Below, piece after piece: positions 13,636-24,925 of a DNA stretch of 64,000 nucleotides. The notes under the pieces are model-generated. The model did not search any database. It worked only from the letters and a program-made list of their open reading frames with translations, and was not told the origin of the DNA. The position numbers and the translations under genes were made by a program. Every line of letters begins with the position of its first letter. Positions within the stretch are counted from its first letter, which is position 1. Source of the DNA: Ptychomitrium polyphyllum (lineage: Eukaryota); assembly GCA_973851085.1 (NCBI GenBank), contig OZ316776.1, positions 1,488,001 through 1,552,000 on the forward strand. Direction: 5' to 3'.

Positions 13636-14339
13636 AACGGACGGCTCTGCGAAGGAAAGAGTAGAAACAGATGCAACTTCGTTCCTGAAATTTGCCTTTC
13701 GCAGAGTGAGCAGGTTTCGTGGTGGTCTTGCAGTGCGGAAGCTTTGCTTGGATTATCAAGGGTTTGCTATCCATTACATTCACCGTGGAAAGAACGGCGG
13801 TTAAAGGGCCTCCACATGTCGGTTGTATTTTTCTTAGCGAAGTAGGAAAAGTTGTGAACTTTGTGCGTGTGGCTTAAAGTTAGTTTCCTGCCATTTTAGT
13901 TTTGTGCCTGAACCAGCGTGTCTCAGTGCACACCTCGGCCTTGAGTCGCTTGCGAACTGGAGTGTTAGCGTCCCATTTCTGTCAGGATTTTTGTAAGCTT
14001 TGTCACCGCAACAGTTCTCTCGTGGCTACTATTTGAACTCTTTTTCTCGAAAATCTTCGGCAGGTGTGGAGTGGTTTGCGAATCTCAGTAATGGAGAGCT
14101 GGACCTTAGCCGCGGTCAGATAGTGCACTTGCTTTTACTCGTTGCTTGAAAACCCGAGAGGGTTCTCACTTCCCAAGCCTCCGACATGACCTCTGGTATA
14201 TTCACTTTTCACAAGATGCTGTCGTTTCTCCTCTTGACTTCCGAGTTTTCTTGTTTGAGAGCTGTGAGTGCACATTTCGGGTGCACATTTGGCAGTGAAA
14301 ATATCCTGTGTCTACGTTTTCTACCTTCTCTTTGCAGCA

Positions 14340-16025
14340 ATGGCATTCACTGAAGAAGACTTGAGCGCAATGCTGCAAACCAACCATCCCAGTCAAGGCC
14401 ACATGTCCATGTCGAATGTAATGCTGTCTTCCAACGCAATGGAGTTGTTATCGAGCCAATTACCATATTCCCTTCTACAAAGACCGCATTCCATCGGTGG
14501 CCCTGGTACTATGAATATGAACATGAACATGAGTATGCAAAGAGGACGATTGGAGAGGCCGAGTATGTCGCCGATGGGGTCACTAGGTTCAGGGGGATCC
14601 TCAAGCATGTCGCAGGCCTCGCAATGGCCGTTTGCGAGTGATGAGAAGTGGGAGCTCGATGGGAAGAACGAGGTTCTCGATTCCGCAGCTATGCAATCTA
14701 ATGTCGGGAATTTTGGTGGACGCATGGAAGCGCCGTTGCAGCCATTGAACCAGCCCTCCCGCACGCAGGGTTTGCAACGGTACCACTCTGCACCAAGCTC
14801 CTTCTTGCAATGCTTGGCTGATTTTAACGAGGAAGCATTCTCTCACATTACCTCGTCTAACCTATTGGGGAACAACGACAGCGGCAGAGACAGTCACCTG
14901 AGTTTTTTCAATGAGAATCTGGCGCCGATCCTGGAGTCTGCTCCTTCGAGATGGACCAAGGAGCCAGAGCCGGAGAAGCTGGTTGCGGGCTCCAACCCCA
15001 TGAGCAGTACCGAGCAGTACTTCGCAATTCAAGCTGAGAACGCGAGACAGTCTGCGTTGCGAGAGTCGTCTATGCCGTCAGAGAACATGAAATCGCTCTC
15101 CCGATCGACGCAAGGGCCGGGCTCTGCCGGACTCGGAGGTGGTGCGTCCGATATCCGCTCGCGAGCCCTAAAAAACAACTTGCTTAGACAGAGTAGTTCA
15201 CCGGCGGAGCTACTGGCTGCCATCAACGAGAGAGAGGATGACATCACCCCGACCATGCAGCAGCAGATCCGGTCCCAAGACGATAGCTTGTCTGGGATCA
15301 CATTCGGTGAGAATCGCTCAAATAAAAAACTCATCGCTTCCATGTATTCAAACCCAATGTATGTATTCAACGATGCTACGATGGGTGGTGACGAGATTTG
15401 GAAGATGCCTCCGAGTGCCGCAGGTACCAACAGCAATCCCACACATACCCTGCTGGTACCTTGTCAAGCTCCGCCACGAGTTGTGCGCAATAATTGACTA
15501 ACGCAACCCGATGGTTGTGCAGGTAACTTAGCCGGAAAGAGGGTCCGTTTCCCGGGAGAGATGACGGACGACTCAGATATGCACAGAGGAGATGGATCTC
15601 AACAAAACATTCGCGGTGGAAGGACAGCGTCCTTGACCAGACATCAAAGCCTTCCGACGACCAGCACCCCGCTCGACGCCAGCGGGGTGGACATAGGCTA
15701 TGACGACCTCCTCGATCTATACGCACCGTGCAAAACGCGCGCTCGTCGCGGCTATGCTACTCACCCACGCAGTATCGCGGAGCGCAACCGTCGGAGCCGG
15801 ATTAGCGAGCGCATGAAGAAACTACAAGACCTGGTGCCCAACATGGACAAGCAAACCAACACGGCGGACATGCTTGACGAAGCGGTGGAGTATGTGAAGC
15901 ATCTACAGTTGCAAGTGGAGGATCTATCTGCGACGATTGTTCAGCTGAAGAATAGCATCAGACAACAGAACACTGGCCGAACGTCGGATGAAGCTAAGAT
16001 TTCGAATTCATTTTCTGTACATTAA
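14340..16025 (+). CDS. bHLH transcription factor, group IX (FBH/AKS, bHLH122/130-like)
   Basis: Exons 14340-15423 and 15523-16025, joined in frame across a 99-nt intron with a GACTAAC branch point. Contains [54 protein letters not shown] plus the N-terminal motifs [12 protein letters not shown] and LLRQSSSPA. Confidence 0.93.
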
Positions 16026-18245
16026 AGAACAGCATCCTACGGCTGAGCCTATTAATTTTTTCCTGAAACTTGCTGCACCAAGTTCAAGTTTATCATGATT
16101 CCGTCGTGCTTTCTAGAATGGAGGCACATGTACAAGGATACGACGACGGGCTCTTAGTTAGTGTGCTTTGTGTGTGGAAGAACTACATCCTTGACGACAA
16201 AGGACTTGAAACCAATCATTAGAGACCTTTCCTGAAACGAATTGGACCTGCTATAAAATTTGATGGTTGACGGTTCATAGTTAGTAGATCAGCTGGAGGG
16301 TGATTTTATAGCAGATTTGTATGATGCAACTACAGGTGATGGTCAAATACTTTGAGCAATTCATGCTTTATTTGCAAATCGGCTGCTTTTCTATCAGCGT
16401 TGGAGCGATCAGCATGACTACTAATCCCCTTGCAACGGAGTGTACTGTAGCTGTTGTAGGGAAGAACGTCGGTCGCTCAAAATGATGTTATTAGAACACT
16501 TGTCTGTAACATGGTGCGCTCCGATATTTATCAGCACTTGGATCTAGAGGAACTTCGTATTGGGTTGGACGTTCATTGCAAACAGTTATGACTGTTTCTT
16601 TGTATTCTTCAATTTGACGAAGTGACCTGGCAATGATTGATACTCAAAGCGGAAATGTATCTCGTGGTTGCCACTTGATTTGTAGCATATTTTCGGAGGA
16701 ATGTTTGGAAAGTGTCTTCGTTGAGTCGGCACGGGTGCTTTCTGGATAGAATTTCTGCCATCGAAGTAACGGACATGGCTGCTGAAGCCACTTGGCTTTC
16801 GTCCTTATAACCTGACAGTCACTCGTGCGTTCCTATCCTCACAGCTTTTCCTCCTCGTGGCATTCTTTTACGTGATAGACTCTGTTCCAAAGCCAACATA
16901 ATCTTTTCCTCCTATAAATAGACCAACATTCTTCCTTCCCTCTTTCATTATCTCGCTAGAAAAAAATGGCCTGCCACCAAGCGTGAATAAACATCACCCT
17001 TGAACAAAAAGAAGAAAAGGTTGGTACAAGACAAGTTGAAGTTTAGAGCTTCTCCATCGTTGGATGCCAACAATGGCCACCATGGCCATTGTTGTGGGAT
17101 TAACTAGCCTTGTGCAGTGACCAAACTTGACTTTAAAATCTATTTTTGTGAGGATGGAGGTTGGAGAAAGGAGGTTTTGCTAATTTTGGATTGTTTTAGA
17201 AACAATGAGGCATGCAGTATCTAATATTCAATAAACATGGATGTTGATAAGGCTGCAAACAGGGTCAAGGTGGGAAGAGGCCTTTAATCACTATAAAGCA
17301 GACTAAAAATATCTGTGTCATTCACTTGTTTGTGCTCCAGCGGTGGAGATGCTCTATACTATGGAGTTTAGAAAGGACACCACAACTAAAATATATACAC
17401 TGAAAGTTGTTTGTTTAAGCGCCTATACATATTGAGAATCAAACAAAAACTCCACCAAAATTTATTGCTTTCTATTTGGACGAAACATGAATAAAATTAT
17501 AAGTTTTCAAGAATTATGCATTTATGAGACTATGCCTTGACCTTGATGTTCTTATTTGGTACATTCTAAAAGTGAACATTTACTTGTCATCTTGGTTTAT
17601 AAGAATACAATGTGGCTTAAGGTAGGCCATTGATTTTGGAAATGTCTCCTTTATATTTTGATTACTATATATTTGAAATATTATTAACTTGAAATGTTTA
17701 TCTTTTATTATAAATGTGGTGGTTGTCAAAGGAATATAAGGTGAATGTTTTAATGAATTGAAGGTTAAAAATGGCTCTACATTTGTTATATTATTTGTGG
17801 AAGCCAAGTATGCTAAAATTAAAAGGGCTATTATAATTTCACGTATTAAATTTGTGTTTTGGTATGTAAAATAAGCCTTAAATGTCTTTAAGATCTTGTT
17901 TTAAGTTGAAATACATTCTAGGTTTCAAAACCTTAAAAGATTTTTTTTTCTAAGTTGAGTCTTTTGTAAATGTTTGCATGCTTGTATATGTATTTATGTT
18001 TTTGAACACTTTTTTTTTCAAGATGATTCTATGTTTACCACATAACACTTGGATTTACTATGAATATTAAAATGTGATTGAAACCTAAGGAATCATTTGT
18101 ATATTGTCTTGAATGAAAGAATTCTAATGGACCATTACTTTATTGTCTATAATGCATTTGGAACTACTTTCATATAAAAGTCATTTTTTAATTTTGATAG
18201 ATGTATGCATTTATATTTGATCCACTTGTATATATGTAGAATACT

Positions 18246-19411
18246 TGTCGCGCACCTCTCCTTAAAGAGTGCCCACAACACTAAGGACATAAGAGGGACC
18301 CTGGAGTGATATCCGGAACTTGTGGCGCTGATAGTGAAGTGACCCGAGTAGGCCTAGAGTGGGAAGGATCCCAAGGGAAAGAAACATCCTTGCCCATGTA
18401 GACCGAGGGCAACTAGGGAGAAATTATAGGCATTTGAGGATTCACAACGAGTTGATTCTAGAATACTAAAGATTGCTCAAATCGAACAAAGGAGCTAAAA
18501 GATATGGCATCCCGAAGTTGAGGCTGCCAAGGGGCTGTTCTGGACTGTGGCAGCCCTAGACAGTGACTGTACTGAATTGGAATAGTGCAAGGAAGGACTC
18601 CCCGAGAGTTCTAAACCTTGGGAGAGGCATATCTTCCAAAATACTAAGTCTAATTGGATGTTTAAGGACTCTATCGGCATCTACGCAAAGAATAGATGAC
18701 AATAAAATGCTTGCTCAATAGATTCGGACACCAGACATGGAAGATATGGCTCCCTGAAGGTCCGCATGAAGTTCCAAAGGCTTCCAACGGCTAAGTTCCA
18801 AGGGAGATCGGATGGTCTTCCAAAGTTTTGAGTGTGTTAGGATTCAGCCAGCTACAGAGGGCCAGGGGGCTTGCCAAATCCCACAGAGAGTATTATAAGG
18901 GAAGGCTGGTTCCCTTCCCCACTTCCTTAGTGTCTTGGTAGGAACTAAGGGTGAGTCCCGATTGGTGGAGCTAATGTTCGAACTTCACCATGGGGACTCC
19001 CACACCATTGTGAACTAATGGGTGATCAGTTTCACGAAAGGAACTAGTGAGATTAAAAGGGTACACTTGTTATTACTAAGTTGAAGTGGTATCTTCACGC
19101 TAGCACTATGGTAATCCGGGGTGATCTTAGGATCACATGGGAATCATGTGTGGTGGTGAAGTGACACTTCTAAGTGCGGTTAGGCCATGTGGAATGGGAG
19201 TAACACCAAATGAGACCTTGGACATGAATGAAAGTCCGCACTTAACCATTGGCTACCAATTAATTGGGTGTTCTAAGTGAAATGGTAGAGAGAATTGGAA
19301 ATCAAGCCTGGGACTTGGAGAGTGAAAATGGGAGTTAACCAGATGCATTGTGGAGGTATATAAGGTTAAAGCGCGTGATGTTTGTTAAGCTACATTACAT
19401 GGGTTGCGACA
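18246..19411. mobile_element. Solo-LTR-like element (~1.17 kb)
   Basis: Inverted termini TGTCGC...GCGACA, higher GC than the flanks, no coding capacity, and it abuts the broken RT. Flanking 5-mers ATACT and ATAGA do not form a clean TSD. Confidence 0.7.
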
Positions 19412-21789
19412 ATAGATGATTACAAATCGTCCAAATGTTCATGGAAGATATCATTCATCATATGTTGGAAGACTACGAGGGCATTAGTAAGGCCAAAATG
19501 CATGATATTGTATTCAAAATAACCATATCAAAATCAGAAAGCTATCTTCCATCCATATCCTTCTTTGATGCATACAACATTGTAGGCTCCTCTAAGATCA
19601 ATTTTGGTGAATATCTTTGCTTGGCCAAGTTGTTGTAAGAGTCTTGAGATTAATGGTAATGAATAGCAATTCTTTTTTGTTACTTTATTGAGGCCTTGAT
19701 AGTCCACGCACATACGTAATGATCCATCTTTCTTCTTTACAAATAAAATGGGTGCTCCAGCAGGTGATTTAGAGTGTTGAATGAAACCCTTTCTAAGGTT
19801 TTCATCAATATATTCTCTCAAGGCAGTCAACTCAATTTATGATAAGTTATAAACAGGTTCAAAAGGTGGTTAGGCTCCTTCTTACAACTCAATGGTACAA
19901 TCGTAAGGCCAATGCTTTGGTAACATGTCCACATTCTACTTTTCAAAAATGTCTTTATAATCTTGATATTAACAAGTTATGTTTTGATTAGTCTCTATTG
20001 TAGAGCTGGACATTGGCGTGGCATAAATGGCATAGATTGATTCATCCTTTGCCGCTCTTATAAATACTTAAGCTCCAATAAATGATGGTCCAAGATTTCT
20101 CGTACCTTGATGTCTTTTCTTTGAGACCACACTCCGTGAGCGCCAATCAATGTCTGGATTATGTAATTTAAATTAAGGAAGGCCCAAAACGATAGGATTT
20201 GTTTGGCATTGAATGATGTTGAAAACAATCTTAGATGCCTGATTTTCTAAAACAACCTTCAAGGATTGAGTTTCTTCAATAATATTGCCAGACGCAAGAA
20301 ATCGTCCATCAATAACTTCAACATGTGCAGGATATTTTTAGTTCACAAGCACCATGTGATGTTTGGTTGCAAAATCCTTGTCCATAAAACATGCCGTTGC
20401 ACCAGTGTCTAAAAGAGCCTCACTATTTATTTCATCATTTAACATTTTAATTTTGATAGGAAATGTAAAACAAGCGGTAAGGTTTGAAGGTAGTAAGAGA
20501 CTTTGATTTGATGGTTGTTTCTTTGTGGTGTCCAGTCGCATAGTCCCTACTGTGACTAGGCAGCCTTGTTTTCCAACTCTACTATTATGCGTTGAGCCTT
20601 AAAGGCAGATCCTTTGATTTGGCAATCGCGCACTTTATGTCCAAACTTGCCACAATACAAACATAGGTTTCTTCTTCGACGCCTTTCTTTTTCTTCTAGA
20701 GTCCAACTTTTGAATTGGGTAGCATCAATTTGTATAGGTTCTGGTCCTTGTAGTCGATTTTCCAATATTCTTGAAGAAGTGGTAGCCATGCTTTGATGTA
20801 CTTGTCGCCATCCCAAACGTTGTTTTTGGCGCCTTTCAAATAGTCTATTATCACATGCTATTGCTTGAGTGATGAATTTGTCCAATGTTTCAACTTTTGG
20901 CATTGTAAGTAGCAAGTCCTTCACATTTTCTCTTAAGCCCCATCGAAATTTTGTGACCAAGGCTTTATCATTCCAATCAAGGTCGCAAGCTAATTGTTGA
21001 AACTCTGCAGTATATGTAGTAGCTGAGCGCTGTCCTTGTTGAAGACTCTGTATCCTTACTCAGCCACCGTTTCTCAGTCGGTGTCTCCAAAAATAGATGC
21101 CAATGCTTCTATGAAAGCATCTAAGTTGTTCAATAATGGTGACTGTTTCTCTATTAGTAGTGCAAACCATGATAGTGCATTGTTTGATAAAAGAGTGGCC
21201 ACAAATCCCACTTGAGTTGTGCCATCATGATAACGAAATTGATGCAAATTAAAGAAGAGCCTTACTTGTTAAATAAAGCCTCTTAATTTTGATCTTGATC
21301 CATCGAACTTGTCTGGCATGCAAATCTTTGGCTGTGCATGGGTTCAACGTAAGCCTTCACTTCCAATATTGGCTTCTCACAATGTAACAACATCTTGATA
21401 TAGGCTTTGAACATCACCATTGGATTCTTCAGCTTGCCGAGTGTGTTGCTCCAAATTGTTGATGGTGTTGAAGCGGGCGAGTCCTATTCGAACTATGTTT
21501 AATAACTTTTGAAGGTATGCAAAATAGTTGCAAAGCTATTCTCTGATGTTCTAGGTTCATAATCCATTTCTTAAGAGTGTCAAAGACAAGAAGACTATGG
21601 ATACCTTCAAAGGAGGGTAAGCCATGTCCTTTAAAAGAAGTAATACTTGGTTCTAAAAGGAGAAAACAACTTTAGGGTGCCAACTTAGAGGAGGGTTATC
21701 CGCAACCTCTAAGACGCTATGGAATCCTAAAGAAGATGGATAATCTACAATCTTCATAAAAAAACCTTAGCTTTGACAAAGATGAAGAG

Positions 21790-21801
21790 TAGTCTTGCCA
21801 A
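21790..21801 (-). promoter_or_regulatory. Primer-binding site complementary to the LTR R-region start (self-priming type)
   Basis: Minus-strand TTGGCAAGACTA, 2 nt after the LTR end, is the exact reverse complement of TAGTCTTGCCAA at 21948-21937. Confidence 0.75.
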
Positions 21802-21803
21802 AC

Positions 21804-22374
21804 TGTTAGAGACACAAGAAACAAGAAGCAGAAACGAAGTGTTTCCTAAGAATTAGCTTCCAAAGAACTAATGATTAACAAGAACTTGATACAAAAACTA
21901 CAATAAAGTAGGATTCAAGATGATCCACAACTTGTGTTGGCAAGACTAAGGAATATCTTGTCTTGGTTTCTATTTATACTATGATGTTTATATCTCCTAC
22001 GATACTTCTAAAGAAGCTTCCTATAAGGCTTAAGAATGTTCTGGAAGTCTAGGAAACTTTTCCAAGAAATTTCTTAAGATGTTGGAATCTTCATAAGAAG
22101 CTTCCAAGGAGTTAGAACCTTCCTTGGAAATTTCCTAAAGTAGCGGAACCTTCTTAGGAAGTTTCCTAAAGATGTAGAACCTTCATAGGAAGTTATCTAA
22201 AATGATAGAATCTTCCTAGGAAATTTCCTAAGGTGGAAGAATTTTCCTAGAAAACTTCCTAAGAACATGAAAAGGCTATGGAGACATTTAAAAGTATTAT
22301 AAGAAGCTATTATAATACACTAGAAGGTTCTAGAATGTTCTAAGGACTATGTTGCATGATCTATGTCCGTGACT
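21804..22374 (-). mobile_element. 5' LTR of the gypsy element
   Basis: On the minus strand it starts (A)GTCACGG, a degenerate TGTCACGG, and ends CTAACA at 21804. TATAAATA at 21978-21971. Lies upstream of gag. Confidence 0.75.
22040..22263. repeat. Degenerate ~31-bp tandem repeats in the LTR U3 region
   Basis: About seven units resembling GTAGAACCTTCCTAGGAAATTTCCTAAAG, with a palindromic TTCCTAGGAA core. Confidence 0.8.
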
Positions 22375-24511
22375 AAAGGTACTAATGTCCAATTTCTCTA
22401 TATAATCCATATAATAAGTTTTCAATAGTACCATGAATTTTTTTATTGAATCAACAATTTGAAAATTTTAAGACATTATTAAAATTGTCTTTTTTTTTGC
22501 TTTTGTTGTTGATTAATCTATTGTCCCTTGTTTTCTCTATACTTAAGTTCTATAATGGCTTGTTATAGATGAATAATGCATTATTTCCTTACAGGCCATG
22601 GACTTTGAAGTCGAGTACAGTATATGGAATCAACAAAATAAAGTATCAAAAACTATGACAAGACCTTCTTATGAGTAGTCTCAAAACTCTACATAGATTA
22701 CTCTTTTTAATATCTTTGCTTTAGTAGAAATTTTGTAAAGGGATTATCAAGTTTTCTACTTTGAGCTAACTTTTTAAACAATCCAATCACGGTAGAAACA
22801 AACTATCTTTGTTACAGTACATTCTTATAATCCATATAATACATGTTTTCCAAGATTTGTTTTTATGAACAACTTTATCAAGGGTGCACATACTTTACTT
22901 CAAATGGAACTTTGAGTTAAGTTACAGGATAACGAGGTCAATCCTTGTCAATCACAGGCAGCTTAATTTTAATGTGTCAATGAGCACAAGGTACACAAGT
23001 GTGCCAAGCAAAGGTGCTGATGGTGAAAGCACTTAAAATGCACCTGAATTATCACAAGTTGGAAATTACAACTCACATTAGTAATGGCTCTGCAATTATT
23101 ACTACATCCCAGAGTTGCTCTTCCAGGAAAGCGACATATTATACGAGCCTGACTGAATAGGATTTGAAGATGCCAGCACAAGAATGAGCAGATGCTCTAT
23201 GATATTAAACCATCTGAGCTTTGTCTCAGTTTAACGCTGCCTACCCTTCCAAATGGTTTCACAAGCAAAACTCAAAAGTTGGTCAACTTATCCAAATGCT
23301 ACAGAGGCTTGGCACAAGGGTGTTAGCTTTGGCTTTCTTGCTCCTGTATCAGTAATACATGAGATGTTGTAGTGCAAGAACGAAGCGAGAGCTAGCATTC
23401 TCAAATAATGATTCAGCATCACCAGTAATTGGATTCTCATCATTCATGAACGAACATGTCACAACCAAATATTTTCTTGATAAAAGTTGAGTTATATGAT
23501 TGAAGTTGAAATGAAAATGTGAATTTCTATTTTCCTTTGAAAAAACCTGAAGGAATTAAGAAGTCGGTTGGCGTTGATGTCAATGTAGGGTGAGTAATGA
23601 ATGGTGGTTTTACTTACGAACATCAAACATTTGTTTTGTAAGACACTGTTATATAGGATTGAAATTCCCAGTCATGTCAAAAAAACTCAAAAAGCCAAAT
23701 AAATACGGAACGCATTCACACAGTAGATATATGCTGCTCTCTCTTTCCAGATTAAAGATTGCACAAGGGATGTTAAGTCTACTCCAAAACTGAGGTCGTA
23801 ATTGCTGCCTTTGAGTGTTGCTTTTAGGTTTCTGTCCAAAGTCTGATCCTGCCGCCTGTCCGCACTTATAAAATTTAATTTTAATATAATATTTTATACT
23901 ATTTTCGATTTTGGTTTTTAAATGTTTACTTTCTTATCTATTTACTTTATATTTATACGGATACCTACATTAAATGCCATCACATCAAAGATGGGATAGC
24001 GACTCCGACTCCAGAACTAACCCGCCGCTCCACGTGGAAGCCTTAGAAGCTGCCACGAAGGCACGCCAAGGAGGACGCCAGAAGGCCCAGACTTGGGCAT
24101 TCCTGCAATCCATCAGGGAACTGCAAATGCCCATCGAAGGTGCCTCTCGATTTCCTCAAATGCCATGGTGATGCGACTCTTCACTCACTGTCTCTTCTCT
24201 CTTCGCACTGCATCATCACTGCACCAATCTATCGCAACCTCAAACCTGGATCTACGGCAGTCAATGCGCTCAGCTTTTCTCTGCGAAGTTATATCCAATC
24301 AATCGAGTGGGATTTTGTTTTGTTAGGGTTTGTTGTTTGTTGAGAGATCATTTTGTGGGAGGTTGGGTTTCTGGGTGGTTTTTACAGATTTTGTAGGTAT
24401 CCTGGGGAGGTTTTTGGGGTTTTTGGATGCGGTTGGAGTGTTTTGCAGTGCGGTGGTGAGGTTTGTGTGGGAGGTTTCGTGTTAGGGTTTGGATTTGGAG
24501 TTGGAGTCGCG

Positions 24512-24925
24512 ATGCCTCGTTCGAGGACTTCGCGGCCGTCGCGTCCGTGGACGGCACCTGCGGTTGTGCGACCTCCGCCTCCAGCTGTGCAGCAGGCGCA
24601 GTCGCCTGGGATGATGAGGGGCATTGGAAGTACCATCGCGGAGGGCATGGCGTTCGGCGGGGGCAGTGCTGTGGCACACCGGGCTGTTGACGCGGTGATG
24701 GGGCCGCGTACCGTGCATCATGAGGTCACACAGATTTCTCAATCGGCGACATCTACTGGAGGCGGGCAGAGCCAGGAGGCGGATGTCTGTGTGAATCAAG
24801 CAAAAGCTTTCAAGGATTGTTTGAAAGCCAACGCGAACGACATTGGCAAGTGCCAATTCTACGTGGATATGTTGACTGAGTGCCGGAAATCTGCTGGGCA
24901 GGCTCCACAGTCTTCCGGCTGGTGA
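24512..24925 (+). CDS. Twin-CX9C CHCH protein, CHCHD2/CHCHD10/Mix17 (At12Cys)-like, mitochondrial
   Basis: Single-exon 137-aa CDS: MPRSR...IGSTIAEGMAFGGGSAVAHRAVDAVMG...CVNQAKAFKDC...CQFYVDMLTEC. Confidence 0.93.
   Translation: MPRSRTSRPSRPWTAPAVVRPPPPAVQQAQSPGMMRGIGSTIAEGMAFGGGSAVAHRAVDAVMGPRTVHHEVTQISQSATSTGGGQSQEADVCVNQAKAFKDCLKANANDIGKCQFYVDMLTECRKSAGQAPQSSGW

Larger units (their letters stand above)
19412..22374 (-). mobile_element. Degenerate, 3'-truncated Ty3/gypsy LTR retrotransposon (Tf1/Tcn1-like chromovirus lineage): LTR, gag, protease, partial RT
   Basis: Gag with CLYCGKFGHKVRDC zinc knuckle (20556-20960), protease ALLDTGATACF (20338-20541) and [25 protein letters not shown]...[11 protein letters not shown] (19534-19830). 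Multiple stops and frameshifts. Confidence 0.93.

Noticed and set aside
13430..13783. 117-aa minus-strand ORF
   Set aside because: Antisense translation of the 23S rRNA insert.
22040..22263. Regularly spaced palindromic repeats as a CRISPR array
   Set aside because: No unique spacers, no cas genes, and a eukaryotic LTR context.
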